A stretch of 64,000 bases of DNA. Origin: Stegostoma tigrinum. Taxonomy: Eukaryota. The position numbers and the translations under genes are program-made. This document shows, in pieces, positions 27,601-40,849 of the stretch. Position 1 is the first letter of the stretch, and each line of letters opens with the position of its first letter. The DNA is taken from the NCBI RefSeq assembly GCF_030684315.1, contig NC_081357.1:60499517-60563516 (forward strand), in the 5' to 3' direction. Under the pieces are notes generated by a model. It saw only the letters and a program-made list of their open reading frames with translations. It made no database searches and had not been told where the DNA came from.

Positions 27601-30003
27601 AACGCTTTTCTTATTGTGTTTCAGTCCTGATGAGTGCAAGATGAAAAGTTTTGACTTTGTTGTAATGAATGCAAGTTCATAGTCATTCGACATGTCATTT
27701 CTAATCAACATATTCTTTACTGAATAGGGAAGCTTGTCTCGGATTGAATGTTCTTTATTCAAGAACAGGCAATGACTATGACCTTCTCTTGTTTGACGCC
27801 ACTCTATTTAAAAGACCGGAGGTGAAATTTATGGATCTTTCATTTCCTTCTCAGGACGGGCTATACCCTGTAGAACACGGGTGCATTTGGCATGAAGGTG
27901 CCCAGTCAGGAAGCTGTGTTAGATCATGCCTATCTTACTTTTTGACAATGGAGCATGGGAAAAGGAAGTTGTCACCATCATTGATTAGAGGGAAGGAGAG
28001 CTTCTGGATTTAACCATGTTCTTTGAACACAACACAGACTGACAAATGTCAAGCAGTCTCTGTCTCTTTTGACAACACCCCTTCACTGGCTACACAATGC
28101 AGCTGTGCCTCACTCCCACAGTCCCACTTAACACTTCAATGCTGTTCAACTGCAACCACAATTGGATATCCCCGCTCATTTTGAGTGGACCTTCCAGGAT
28201 GTCCTACCTGCAGCCACAGAAGCATATGCGAAGGAATCCTTCCTCACAATGTACCAATGCCCACTGCAAACATTGTTCCTACCATTCTTACCTACCAGGT
28301 GCCTGGATGCAGACAGCAATCTCCCAATTCTCTCAATATATCAAGAACCAGTATACTCCAACACGTTTCCAAGGATTCATTATCTCATTTGTTAACAAAT
28401 CATTCTGAAAGTCACAACACTGCAACAATAGTTAGAGAACGATCAAATTCTTCTGTTAGCTTATAACCTTCTTTGACTTCAGCACTTTCAGCAGGTCAAC
28501 CCACTAGAGAACCTGTTTGTGCTGAGGTGATGCCACACTAGCATGTTAAATTTTTGCAGTTCTTCCATTTCAATTTTCCTGTGTCTGCTTTGACTTCAAG
28601 CAAGCCGACACATCAGAAGTGGCTTTATTGTTGCTCTTGTATCATCAGTGTTTCTACCTCAATCTACAGCAGTGGCCTATAAAGATTGTACTCATACTGA
28701 AGAATTCATGGATGGCCCACCCTCTTCAGATTCTGATGAGGGTCTTCTAGGTGAAGCATATCACTGGGATCTTTCACATTCTGCAGTGCTCCACAGTCCA
28801 GGAACCTCAGCACAGTTCAGGTCTGAGACCTTGTCTCATGATTCTACCACTTGTTGACACCTCTTCAAAGCCAATGCCTTCAGGCATTGTGATGAGAATG
28901 CTGCAAGCATTTGTGGTCATGTCAGATTATACGTCCAGCCTGCTCAAGAGATTGCTTTCCTACAAACAGAAACATAAACAACTGAAGTCCCATCCTTCCA
29001 CAATTTGGGATAAGAGAGAGCGACAAAGGGATTTTAGAGGGGTGGGCAGGGAAATAGTGGAGGTGATAGTGGGAAGTGGGCAGAAGAAAAGCATTGGTAA
29101 TTCCATATTAAGGACAATAAAACTGGTTCAATGATAATGATTTAAAGGGATAGAACAAATGACTTGGACGAAGTATAAGATAATGGGTAAGTCTTGTTAT
29201 TGTTCACAAATAGATGCACTTGGAACTAGGACCAGCCTACAGAGTTCTAAAAATGCCCTCTTCTACCCATTCATGTCCAGAGTGTAATAGTTAATAAAAA
29301 ATATAATTGCTTGTTAGTATGAGGACAGACTCACCTCTCTCTATGTCATCATTATTAACTCACTGCAATTGATAGCAGGAAGATGGAGAAGGGTCGGTGT
29401 GGGATACTTGGTGCTTTATCAACATGACCTCACCATGATTAGTAAATTGCACTAAAATGTTAGTATAATGACCATTATTCCTCAGTGAAGATCAGAATAG
29501 GACACAATTCACAGATCAATATCGAGATGGCCTACTTACCACCATACAGTAACATAACAATCAGAAACAAGTTAAATTTGTTTAATGGCGTTTTCAAACA
29601 AATGACTAATTAAATAATTTGGACCAGCATGCCACCATATAAATTGAATATTGTTATATTGTGATGCATATTGTTTTCCCTGCTTTAAACATTTGTCAAT
29701 GATTTTCTTTCTTGTAACTGTGTGCCTTTTTGGATTCTTGGTCACATTGTGATTCCATACTGAGACTGGAAGAAATTTACTTAAGAAGCAGAGACTATAA
29801 AACTAAAAGCTGGATACCTGCACAGCAAATACATCAGACATTCTGTTAGTATGGCATGAATAATTTACTCATGTTGATTTAAACATGTCAACGTAAAATG
29901 AATATTGCAAGTAAAAAAATACTTCAGTTGCATTAGGGACTCAATTGCAATCTATTACTCAATAAATGATGAAACATGAATAATTTATCACTTTGTATTC
30001 CAG

Positions 30004-30131
30004 AACTGTCAGAATAATACAACTGGGGATCACTGTGAAAAATGTCTTGATGGATATATTGGTGATGTTGCCCAGGGTCATCATAAGTCTTGCCAGCCTT
30101 GTCCTTGCCCTCTGAGTTTACCTTCAAATAA
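30004..30131 (+). CDS. LAMA4: Laminin alpha-4-like coding exon (LE), phase 0-2
   Basis: attccag|AAC...AA|gtaagt; 128 nt; NCQNNTTGDHCEKCLDGYIGDVAQGHHKSCQPCPCPLSLPSN; EKCLDGYIGD is LAMA4-like. Confidence 0.93.
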
Positions 30132-30387
30132 GTAAGTAGAAATCAAGAACTATTCACTGAAGCCCTGAAATGTTTGTATGCTTTATAATGTGGAAATTAT
30201 ATAAAAAACTAAGCAACACAGAACAAATGTCTGTAATGTTTAAGATTTTAAAAAATATGGGTCTAATTGAGAAAATATTTTGTATTTATTAAGCTTGTTT
30301 AAAAACAAAATTTAACATTAATATGTGAAGCAATCATGTAACTTCTTCATTTGGAGTCTTTCAGAGCAAGTTTGCCACTGAAAGGAG

Positions 30388-30577
30388 ATAATAAAATGTG
30401 AGGCTGGATGAACACAGCAGGCCCGGCAGCATCTCAGGAGCACAAAAGTTGACGTTTCGGGCCTAGACCCTTCATCAGAGAGATTTTCCTGAGATGCTGC
30501 TGGGCCTGCTGTGTTCATCCAGCCTCACATTTTATTATCTCGGATTCTCCAGCATCTGCAGTTCCCATTATCACTGT
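30388..30577. mobile_element. Mini inverted Penelope-terminus insertion with 12-bp flanking direct repeat
   Basis: About 55-bp inverted arms; cactgaaaggag at 30376-30387 and 30578-30589. Confidence 0.85.
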
Positions 30578-31546
30578 CACTGAAAGGAGTTGGCTTTTAA
30601 ACAGGATAATATTAAAAACTGAAACATAGCCTGCTTGGCAATATATATCAGTGAAACAGAGTGGCCATGCCTCAGCTGAATGACAATGTATGTATTTGGC
30701 GCTGTGAAATTTCATTTGTGTCCTTGAAGCGAGTTTTCAATCAAATAACAAAGCTTATGTATCACAGTGTTTCTAAGTAAATCAAATGTGTGCCTGATAG
30801 AAAACGTGAAAATAGTACCCTTGGGATATGAAATGATATTCTCATTTTTCATGTTAAAATTAGTTATAAATAGATAGTTTACTCAGAGGAATTATCAGTC
30901 CTTGTTTTGTGCAGAACTGTAAACCAGACTGCTTGCCCACAGTAAAAAATATAGCATTGAATTTAATAATTTCAAGCCTGGACCAATGTGAATTGAATAG
31001 ACGTCCACCCACAGAATGTGTGTGACATCAGTAGAATAGACAGAGGTAATATGACATGAACACTGCAGAATCATTATTAATGTAGTTTCTTGGGTCCAAC
31101 ACTACTAGCAGAATGAAATGGCCTGAATGCTATCACATATTTAGCTCATGTAACATATACAACAAAGACAGAACTCTTTTAGAGAAGGGTGCCTTGAAGT
31201 TTATTAATAACACTGTTTACATTGCCGTAATATCACAGATTTACACATGGTGTTAGTTCTGTTTTAATTGATGTTCCTTTACATCACATTCACATAACTG
31301 ACTGACTGAACACACACTGCTGTTCCTACATTATGCAGAAAGAGTAATTGAAAATAAGGCTGGTACCTTTACAGTGAAATGTCACGTTCTAATTTGCTGT
31401 AACTGTCTTAAAATAGAGTTTGGTCTTGTTTGGAATCTATGCGATAACACAACAATTGTCTTATACAGCAAAAGAGTTTAAAAAAAACTTTAACACTGCT
31501 AGGAACATAAAATGACTTTTGTTGGTTTCTTCTTTCTATTTTTCAG

Positions 31547-31627
31547 TTTTGCTATTTCCTGTAAGGTTAAAGCTGATAAATTACGTTGCTTGTGTAAGGA
31601 AAATTACGCCGGAACCAGATGTGAAAG
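31547..31627 (+). CDS. LAMA4: Laminin alpha-4-like coding exon (LE), phase 2-2
   Basis: tttttcag|T...AG|gttact; 81 nt; (N)FAISCKVKADKLRCLCKENYAGTRCE(R). Confidence 0.92.
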
Positions 31628-32427
31628 GTTACTCTTTTTAAATTTTGTCATTTGCCTTAAAATGTGTGTGTTAGAAAATGATCATTTCTGGTCTGGAAGA
31701 CCAACACAATTTGTTGGATTGCCCAGTGTTTGGATGAACATTTTATCTTTGCGAAATTGTGCCGATAACACAGAAACAGGCCGCATGGCCCTTATGCATT
31801 TATGCTTCACCAATGCTGTATATCTTCCCACCCAACTGGCAGAATGGACATTCACCTACTGAGGGTTTGCAGGTGGAAGGAGCATTAAACTCCCCAGATG
31901 GCCTTCCACCAGGATCCTGAATACCCCAAATTTTCCTGAGCTTTACAGGGAGTGCAGGTCAGAATTCAGACTGTGCATCTACCTTTTTCTCAATTAAGGG
32001 CCCTAAGTGACCAATTAATGACAACTTTAGGGCTGTACCCAGCCTCAGTTGTTTGACTGGTGAGAGAAGGTCAGCAATGGACAGAAGCCAGAAGTGTGAC
32101 CCTACTATAACATTAGGCAGGTTGGGGGCATCCATATTAACTGCTTTCTTTCAACTTCCAACTTCGACTTCCTTTCTTCTATTCCATGCATGTGCTCATC
32201 CCACCAACCCCCAAACTTGCCCATTAGCAGCCCCCACTTCCCTCTACTCTGCCTCGTGACTCCCATACTTATCCGGATCCGGGACTGCTTGTAGCTGCAA
32301 TCCTATCTGTTACAGGGGCTACTTAGGCTAATTTGTCAGAAGCTTTCTGAGATGATGATTTTCTCCTGAGTCAGGGTTAGAAGTCCCCATCTCCAACCCA
32401 TATGGGTGTGGGGAAGGCAGTATTAAA

Positions 32428-32816
32428 ACATAGAACACCTACAGTGCAGCAAGAGGCCATTCAGCCCATCAGGCCTGCATCCCACCCATCCTATCCCCAT
32501 AACGCAACATTTACCATGGCTGATCTACCCAGCCTATGCATCTTTGGACCATGGTAGAAAACCAGAGTACCCAGCAGAAACCCAGACAGACAAAGGGAGA
32601 ATGTGCAAATTTCTACAGACAGTCACTCGAGCCTGCTATTGAACTCTGGCACTGTGGAAGAGTTCTGAAGAAGGGTCACCAAACCCGAAACATTAACTCT
32701 GATTTCTTTTTCTTAACACATGCTACCAGACCTGCTGAGCTTTTCTAGCAACTTCTGCTTTTGTTCCTCTTCCTGGTACTGTCAGGTAGCAGTGCTAACC
32801 ACTGAGCCACCGTGCC
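32428..32816 (-). mobile_element. HE1/V-SINE-like element interrupted by a Penelope-type fragment (about 32655-32770)
   Basis: Minus head gcacggtggctcagtggttagcactgct at 32788-32815; tail acatagaac. Confidence 0.75.
32659..32700 (+). ncRNA. Minimal type I hammerhead ribozyme-like motif
   Basis: AGAGUU-CUGAAGA-A-GGGU(CACCAA)ACCC-GAAA-CA-UU-AACUCU: 6-bp stem I, 4-bp stem II, conserved core, vestigial stem III. Confidence 0.65.
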
Positions 32817-33089
32817 ATAGAAATTCATTCTGTTCCTGACGTTTTGAAAGGTGGAACAGAAAACTGCCACGCTAAAGGCACTAACCCATCAGATTATTAT
32901 AGATTGACATATAGATTCACATTGATTCATCAAAATCTCAGAACATAAGAATGGCAGTACAGTTGTAGAGCTGTACATCAGAGACACAGTCCAACTCATC
33001 CATGCTGACCAGATATTCAGAGCTAGGAAATGGTCCAGCAAAACCACTAGCATTCAAGAATTATGGCTGAATTTTCTAACTTTTTTTAA

Positions 33090-33330
33090 ACAGAGGGGCA
33101 ACTTTTTTACACAGAGAGTGGAATGTGTGGAATGAACTGGCAGATAAAGTGCTGGATGTGGGTATAGTTACACCATTTAAAAGACATTTGGGTAAGTACA
33201 CAAATAGAAAATGTTTGGAGGAATATGGGCTAAATGCAAGCAAGTGGCACCAGTTTAATTTGGGAACGTGGTCAGCTTGGGTGAGTTGGACTGGAGGATC
33301 TATTTCTATGCTGTGTGACTACAATTCTAA
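33090..33330 (+). mobile_element. CR1 3' fragment
   Basis: RGNFFTQRV..WNEL..V.....FKRHL followed by CR1-type 3' UTR. Confidence 0.75.
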
Positions 33331-34550
33331 GTGCATTTTCAGTGTGTCGCAACTCTTTTGTAGAATATCGCTGATATTCTGCCTTCTTTTACTGGGTGAT
33401 TCAAAACACCAAGGTTCATCAATTACAACTGTAAAAAAAAACTACCGTTGGTTTAAGCCATAGTGTCCATTATGTTTTATTACCTTGTTTCTGCTGAAAT
33501 AGATGTTGGCTAAAAAATTGCAATGACAAGCCTACATATGGGGCTTACTGTTAGACGCAGCCTTTCCCATTTAATTTATCAATATTTTGTCCCGCACATT
33601 GCTGGAAAGGGGACTTATAATAGCTACAAAACTGCTTACAGGACACGAGGGAGCTGAGTGAGCTGGTCAATCAACTCATTTGGATGATCGTGAAATCAAC
33701 ACTGCTAGGTCTGCACGAATAAGTGTCAGTTATATTTGGAAAATTGAGAAAGAAAAATAAAGAGAGAGAAGGAAAGAATGAATTCAGAGAGTTAGAAGAA
33801 AGACGGCAAGAGACAAAAATAAACTTAACATTTAAAAACTATGTTGCAACAATGACTAAAATTTAAATGTATGAAAAGTTACAATTGTTGCAGTTAATTT
33901 TCAGTGACGGAGAAGTTGTTTAGTTACATTTGTGACATTTTTAAACCAGTATTTAGAATAAAATGAACAGATATTAATTTTCTGTGGTAAGGTGATTTGT
34001 ATTTAACCTTCAAATACAGGAACTTCACATTCAATAATACATTTTACAAGACAGAGAGATGGTGAAATGCTACTTTTACAGTTATTTTAAGATATCCACC
34101 TCAATTATGTCTCTGTCCTCTCTATTATATTAAAAGAAATTCTTTGGCATTCAGCATTTTATCCATATATTCTGCTAAAGTAGGCCATGACAGTCTTTAA
34201 GAACAAAGAACTGAGGATGTTGGTGATCTGAAGCAAAAACAGAAAATCAGGAGACTCTCAGCAGGTCTGACAGGAAGAAAGGAGAATAGATGTTTTGATC
34301 TAGTGACTCTTATATGTCATAGGATTGGGTGTCATTTGCTTTCAAACGTCAATTCACTCTGCATGGCTGATCTGATCAACCCTGTAATCCTTTTCTGATT
34401 GTCAGAAGGTTATACATGTGCATGTTGTACATGTATTATTTACTTGTGGTATCCTGAATTGCTGCATGGACATACATCCATGCAGGTTGAAAGGAATATT
34501 TCCATGACAATGCATTGATTGTGGTTTAAAATGGTATTTGTTTATTCTAG

Positions 34551-34765
34551 ATGTGCTCCTGGTTACTATGGAACACCTATACTCTATGGAAGTAATTGCA
34601 GAAAATGTAACTGCAATGGTAATTCGGATCCCAATCTCATATTTGATGACTGCAATGAGGAAACTGGGCATTGCCGTAATTGTCTGAGAAATACAACGGG
34701 CATCCATTGTGAACGCTGTGCACCAGGGTACTATGGGGATGCTGTCATTGCTAAAAACTGCACAG
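34551..34765 (+). CDS. LAMA4: Laminin alpha-4-like coding exon (LE), phase 2-1
   Basis: ttctag|A...G|gtatgt; 215 nt; CAPGYYGTPILYGSNCRKCNCNGNSDPNLIFDDCNEETGHCRNCLRNTTGIHCERCAPGYYGDAVIAKNCT, very close to LAMA4. Confidence 0.95.
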
Positions 34766-37700
34766 GTATGTTCATCCATTTAAATAATTGTTATATCATC
34801 AAAGTAACTTACAGATGCAGCTGGAGAACTTCAGAGTGTAACAGAATGATCATTATATATTAAAATTCATTTATTCTGAGTTGCTAATGTGTACTTTATC
34901 ACGAAAAGTGGTGTGTATGTGTGGCCAAGATGGGAAAACAATGATTTTAGAAATCAGTCTGATTTTCTTTAACAAGAAAAATAAACATTCTAAAATTACT
35001 CAAATATGCTTGAGAGTTTTTTTTAATACATTGACTACTAATTCCATGCCTCCAAAAAATAATGCTTTAGAAAAATAATTTCTGATAGATTTTTAATCAT
35101 TTTGTTGTAAGATGCTTATTCAAATTTCTGATGGTGGCAAGGTTCATGAGCTTCAAGTAGTTTAATCCAATAAAGTTTCTTTATGGAAGCATGGTATGAA
35201 AATGATGGCTGTTCATACCCTTTGTGAATAGCCAGGGACTGAAGATGCAAAGTTATGTTTTAACATCGGAAACAATAAAGAGGCCTCAGATTCCATTGTA
35301 ACTTGGTCACTAACTTTACAGCTCTAATCAAGTGTGAATTTATTGCAAGCTGGGCGAATGCCCAAAAAAATTAATTCTACAAGCACACTTTTCTTCTCAA
35401 AAGCTAATGGATAGCCCATTCAAACAAATTGAAGGATGAAATATTATCAAGGAAAAGCATTAGCCTAGTTAATTTAAATAATGTAGCCCATGTTAACAAC
35501 TATTTCTCTACAAATGGACATTTAATGAAATAATTCTGTTTCAACCATAAACAAACAATTTTATTTCAAACCTAAACATAACATTCATTAGAGCTAGGTG
35601 AGGAATGGTTGAATCACTCAACGCTCCAGTTCTCATTTGATTGCAATGGGTTTTTTTAAAAGAATTTGTTTACCAGTTTGGTGAATATTCAATTCTGCTG
35701 TGACTGGGAAAGATACACAGGAAGATTTTACTACAACTTTTAAAAGGAAGTGACCTGATATTTATTGTAGTTAACGCCCAAGCTAATAAAGTAATAAAAA
35801 TATTCCAGCTCTGAAATGGATTGATAATAATAAACTAGATCAGGACTGATGGACTCTCTTTGAGCTATGTCCTTCTATTTTTTTCTTATTCTTTAACTAT
35901 TCGAAATTGCATTGGATCATGGTGAAGTGGAAAAGCTTTTCACCGTATTTTACTGTTTTTTTCACTGTAAAATGCATGTGACAATAAATAAAATCATTCA
36001 TCATTCACATCTTGTTCATTCAAGAGGTTTGACATGTTCACACAGATATGTTACAAAGTTGGAAAGAGCTCGCTTAATTTGTTGAAGGGTCCCAAAGAAA
36101 GTTAGTCATATGCAGAGGGCTAACTTCAACAGTTTTTTTGAGTTTGGGTGACCTTTCCAGATGTTCCATCAAGATGATTTAATATGTTGATAAGTGACTT
36201 TTTCCTCTGGCATCAGCAACTTGCTTTTGTTAAAAATACTGCCTGCAGCGTTTAACTGGTTGGAACACAGGCAGGGCATGCATTTGCAGAACGGCTGTAC
36301 AGAATGAGATTGGAGGTTTTCTACACATTGTCACCTAGACATGGCCTGCCTGGTCTCTGACTGACCCTGGAAAGCAGTTTCTTCAAACACAAAGTGTTAG
36401 CTTGTGCATCACATTATCTCCATTCACAGTCTGCCCAGTTACCAAATATAGTCACAACAAGCAGGGAAACCTTCATTCCAGGCTCAGTGTTTAAAGAAAT
36501 TTGATTAGATGGCCATTAGACTTCTCTTTCTTCGTTGGGATCCATTGCTTAAAGTGGTTGAGTTCAATAGTTTAGCCTATACCCATCTGAATGCGTAGGT
36601 TGTGTCTGGATGTTTTGTGATTGTTCAAGTAATGGATCATTCACATTCTGTTGAAGTTGCTTATCTCTAATCCCCTACTTCTAGACAACCTTTCTTATGG
36701 TTTGTAAATTGCCAGGTGATGTAATAGTAATATTCAGCCATCTTGATAACAAGCACATGATCCTGCATGACAGTGGTATTGTCCGTGCCTGTGGACTAAA
36801 AGCTTGGGGTTTGAGTTGCACCTTCCCTGGAGGTACATCTGAACAGACTGATTAAAAATAATTTATCCCTTAAGGCCTTATGGTGCAGTGCTAGTGTCCC
36901 TAGCTCTGGGTCAGAAGGTTTGGTCTGAAGTCTAGTCGTTTAGGTTACTTGAATCATTTTAAAACTTATTCTGTGATTTCAGCTCATTACGTAAACAGTC
37001 ATTTTTTGATATGAAACGGGATTTTATTAATACTAGCAACAGTTGATTGACTTCAATTAACATACAGCAATACAAAAATAATACAAACTCATGCATCTTG
37101 ACATTAATGGGCCAACTTCATTGACCAAAGCAGCTTAATTCCTAACCACACCACCTGTATGTAAGTTCCAAGTTTGATGAAAGTTTGCTGATGCTGCTCT
37201 GTTGGAAATCTAATTGAATTTGTCTCCCTATCTTTTAATCCCCCTGTGTCCATAAACTTGGGAGAATGTTTAAGGCAGAAAATCAAAATAGAAAATACTC
37301 AGCAAGTCCGCCAGCTTCAGTGGAGAGAAACAGTTAATATTTCAGGTCAATGACATTTCAATAGAACAAATAAATCCACCATTATGCATGTGGGATAATC
37401 ATCAATTATAGACAGACTGTTTATAAATTATTTAACTTTTACAGGAGATGAAAGATCAATTTAAAACCTATCTACAAACATCTTTTATGTCATTAACCTT
37501 TTTGAAGCTTGTGCAAACACACATAGTTTTAAGACTCAAACATTTCCAAATCCTTTCTATGGAGGTAAAGATGAAATATATTGTAATTTTCCCAAATTTC
37601 ATATTTGATATCTATTTGTGAAACTTAGTCACAAAATTATATAATCCTTTTTCGATCTGGGCTATACCATGATACGTCTCAGAAATGTATTTGTAAGAAA

Positions 37701-37732
37701 TGATATGATACGATATGATATGATATGATATG
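37701..37732. repeat. (GATAT)n microsatellite
   Basis: Direct reading. Confidence 0.85.
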
Positions 37733-38949
37733 CTGTGAAATATTTTAAGTGTTTGCCACTTCTGAAGATGATGTCATTTATTTCGTGCATGCTCACAACA
37801 TTTTCTTTGTTCTCTTTGTTTAATTGAGTTTCTACTGTTGTAAACAATGTTTAATCACTGTGATAATGAACACAATTCCTGAAATGCTCCCACATGTACT
37901 CAAGATCAAAAATAAATCCCTTTTACTTTCCTCCATTACGTTAGTGAAAGGTCCAATTACACAAATATGTACAACAGTTACAGTGGAAAACCAGGTGGGC
38001 GTTTATCTAAAGTATTCAATGTTCTGAAAACATTCTAAAATTTTCTGACGAAACGAAACAAGACTTTAAATTTATATCACATTTTACATTCATTTTACAC
38101 CAATAATGCAGTTCTTCACCTGATGCCAGGACTTTAGAGTCTGCAGGAACAGATAGGAGTTGAAGGTTGGGGTTTGCCAAAAGTTATAGAAGGAAGGGAA
38201 TGGTATACTCATCACCTTCCTGGAAGCATGGCATTTTGCCAGTAGCCGGGGAGAGATGAAGGTCCGACCCATCCAGACACCAACTGAACCATTAATGCAG
38301 CCAGTTAAAGCCCCCTTCCTTCAGACACTGGAGGGAAGAACTCCTGCTGTCTGTCGAGACAGCCTGGTAAAACCTGCTGACCTTTTTGCAGGCTCTGGGG
38401 TGGAAATGGGGTTTGTGCCCAGCAACCTGTGGTCCCAGTGGCATCCATCAGCAGACATTACCCATCTTCAGCAACTACAGCCCCATTGATAACACAGAAG
38501 AGCTGCTGGCCCCAGATATGTAGAGGAGCTGCCTAATATACATCAACCTTAGTTGAGCCATCCTCAAAATGTGAAGGCTGCATTCTCCTATCAGTTTTCC
38601 ACACTGTTGATAGGGTCAGCCCTGGCCTGGCAAAACCACAGTCTGAAAGTTCACAGTCAGGGCACTCAACCTTAGGTTCCTGCAATACATAGGAAGCCTA
38701 GCACCATCCAAGAGAAATTACTTACTTGTTTGGCACTCCGTCCATATAGTGCACAATGGCAGCCATCTGTACCGTGTACAAGATGCACTGCTTGTCTAAC
38801 CTCTTTCAACAGCACCTTTCAAATCTTAGAAGGGCTGAATAAGGCAGCTTGTTACCATTTTCTTGACAATTCAGGATTGCTAGCAAATGCTGGTATTGCC
38901 AGCAATGCCCTCATCCTAAAAAGAATGAAAAATAAAATAATTAGACTCA

Positions 38950-39320
38950 TTTGTGGCAGTAGAATGTGAATTAAAGTCCCACTCCTAGAATTAAACACAT
39001 CATTTAAGATGACACTTCAGTGCTCCACTGTTGGTGCTTCTGTAACTTCAATGAAATGGAGGCCGATGAATGATTCAGATGGACGTGAAATATCCTATTG
39101 TATTACTTGAAAAATAAGTTTTCTGGTGATCTTCGTGCCATCATCACCGGAAATAATTGTTAATTTGAACACATTTTTGATTTTGGAGACTTTGTGTAAA
39201 ATATAAATGCTACAGATTCTTACTTAGCAACTTCACCCACACATTAAAATGAATTAATTATTAGTTGCTTTGGGATATCCTCAGAGATGTGAGAATTGCT
39301 GTATAAATGCAAGTATTTCT
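38950..39320 (+). mobile_element. Old Deu-domain-like SINE (SacSINE1/AmnSINE-type)
   Basis: gatggacgtgaaatatcc core and gctttgggatatcctcag...gctgtataaatgcaagt tail resemble recalled Deu-SINE consensus. Confidence 0.5.
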
Positions 39321-40140
39321 AAACAATCTAAAATAGGATTTGAATGTCCATTGTAGTATACACGATAATCTGAAATTTCATGGAATGCTTTGGCTTAGCT
39401 CTGCCTAAGATTATTCTTGTATTTTTTTAATGAAAGGAAAGTTGTGCTTAAACAATTTACACTGACTTTATGCTGAAACATTTGTGCAAGCAAATTGCCT
39501 CAATTGTTTATGAAACCTTTATGAACCAAGATGCTTCTGTCAAACTCTCTGCTGTTCATTTATGTGGATCCATTGAAAAGATAAGTGAGTTGCCTATATT
39601 TATGCACAGGCATAAATCTATGCCCTAAATTTCAGGAACAAACCTCAATCAAAAGGTGGTTTGTCTCAATTTACACAAATTTCTCAAAGTGTGGACTCCA
39701 TTTGGAGATTCTCAGAAGTATTAGGCAGCTAGAATGACCTTTAAGAGTCACAGCAGTTCTGACAATAAGCAGAAAGGGGGGAAGATAGGCAGGAGACACT
39801 CTGAAAGCAAGGCACCATAGTAGAAGATAGCAGCCTACACATTGTACCTGTTTGTGGTATTTCACGTGTACATGTTATGTTAGGTACCCATATCCATGAA
39901 GGCAGAATAATCCTGCAGGAAATTATGACATAATTTATTTTTCTGGTAGAATGCTCGACCAGTGGTAAATCTTTATTCTGCATTAGAATGATCCAGGAAA
40001 TTTTGGGTCCCTGTTTATAACCACTAAAGCTTGTATTTCACGAATATGCAGCTTTCACATTTTTGTCCATTTTGCATTAACAAGTGAAGATCGAAAATAA
40101 CCTTGAGAATTAATAAAAAGATATCTTTGCTTTCTAAAAG

Positions 40141-40241
40141 ATTGTCTCTGTCAGAAATGCGGCACAGATGAATGTGATCATGCTACCGGGCAATGTCGCT
40201 GTAAGCCAGGAGTATCAGGAGCCTTCTGTGACCATTGTGAG
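40141..40241 (+). CDS. LAMA4: Extra LE-repeat exon (LAMA5-like), phase 1-0
   Basis: ctttctaaaag|AT...GAG|gtgagt; 101 nt; (D)CLCQKCGTDECDHATGQCRCKPGVSGAFCDHCE; in frame with both neighbours, LE cysteine spacing intact. Confidence 0.88.
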
Positions 40242-40849
40242 GTGAGTGAATCAAATAATATTTGGGTAATATTTAGGAAAAACTAGCTATTTCCCATTAC
40301 ATGGCATAAAGAATCAAAGCCAAATACAAACTTGACTACAGGGAAGGTAAATTGAGCCAAGTAGGAGAACGGGGAGGGAGGGAGGTCAATTAAATGTGGT
40401 GCAATTATAAAAGTTACTTGGGCTCCAAATTTACATTCCTCCTAACAAAGTTGGCTGGTGACACTAGGACTTCATTTTTAGTTGGTGCTTTTAATAACAA
40501 CTAAATTGAAAAGAAAGAGTGAGGGAAGATGTAGTAAGAAACACCGTAAGGCTTATCCCAGGATGTCCCTTGTGTGAGCCTCACAGAATTGCCAACAGAT
40601 GTTTTATTGACCACATAGTGGAGCCTTGCTATTTTAATATAGCATGGCCAATTTTGAGAAAAAAACATAATTTTACGATGAAAGCATTTAAATTAAGAGC
40701 TCTTAATGACATCTTATTACCACATGAGATCACCTCCTGACATCTCTGGCAACATAAATGCTAGTTTTCAACTATTTCAATTCAGTCCATTTAAAATGGC
40801 TGTTATAGATAGTGAATACAGAAAAGGCTATGGGCAGTGAACACATTGT

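Noticed and set aside
30385-30545. Hairpin as pre-miRNA, terminator or CRISPR-like repeat
   Set aside because: Arms are copies of a dispersed retroelement terminus; there is no repeat-spacer periodicity anywhere in the window
40143-40154. Stronger-looking acceptor tgtctctgtcag at 40154
   Set aside because: It shifts the frame by 14 nt, gives an immediate TGA and loses two LE cysteines
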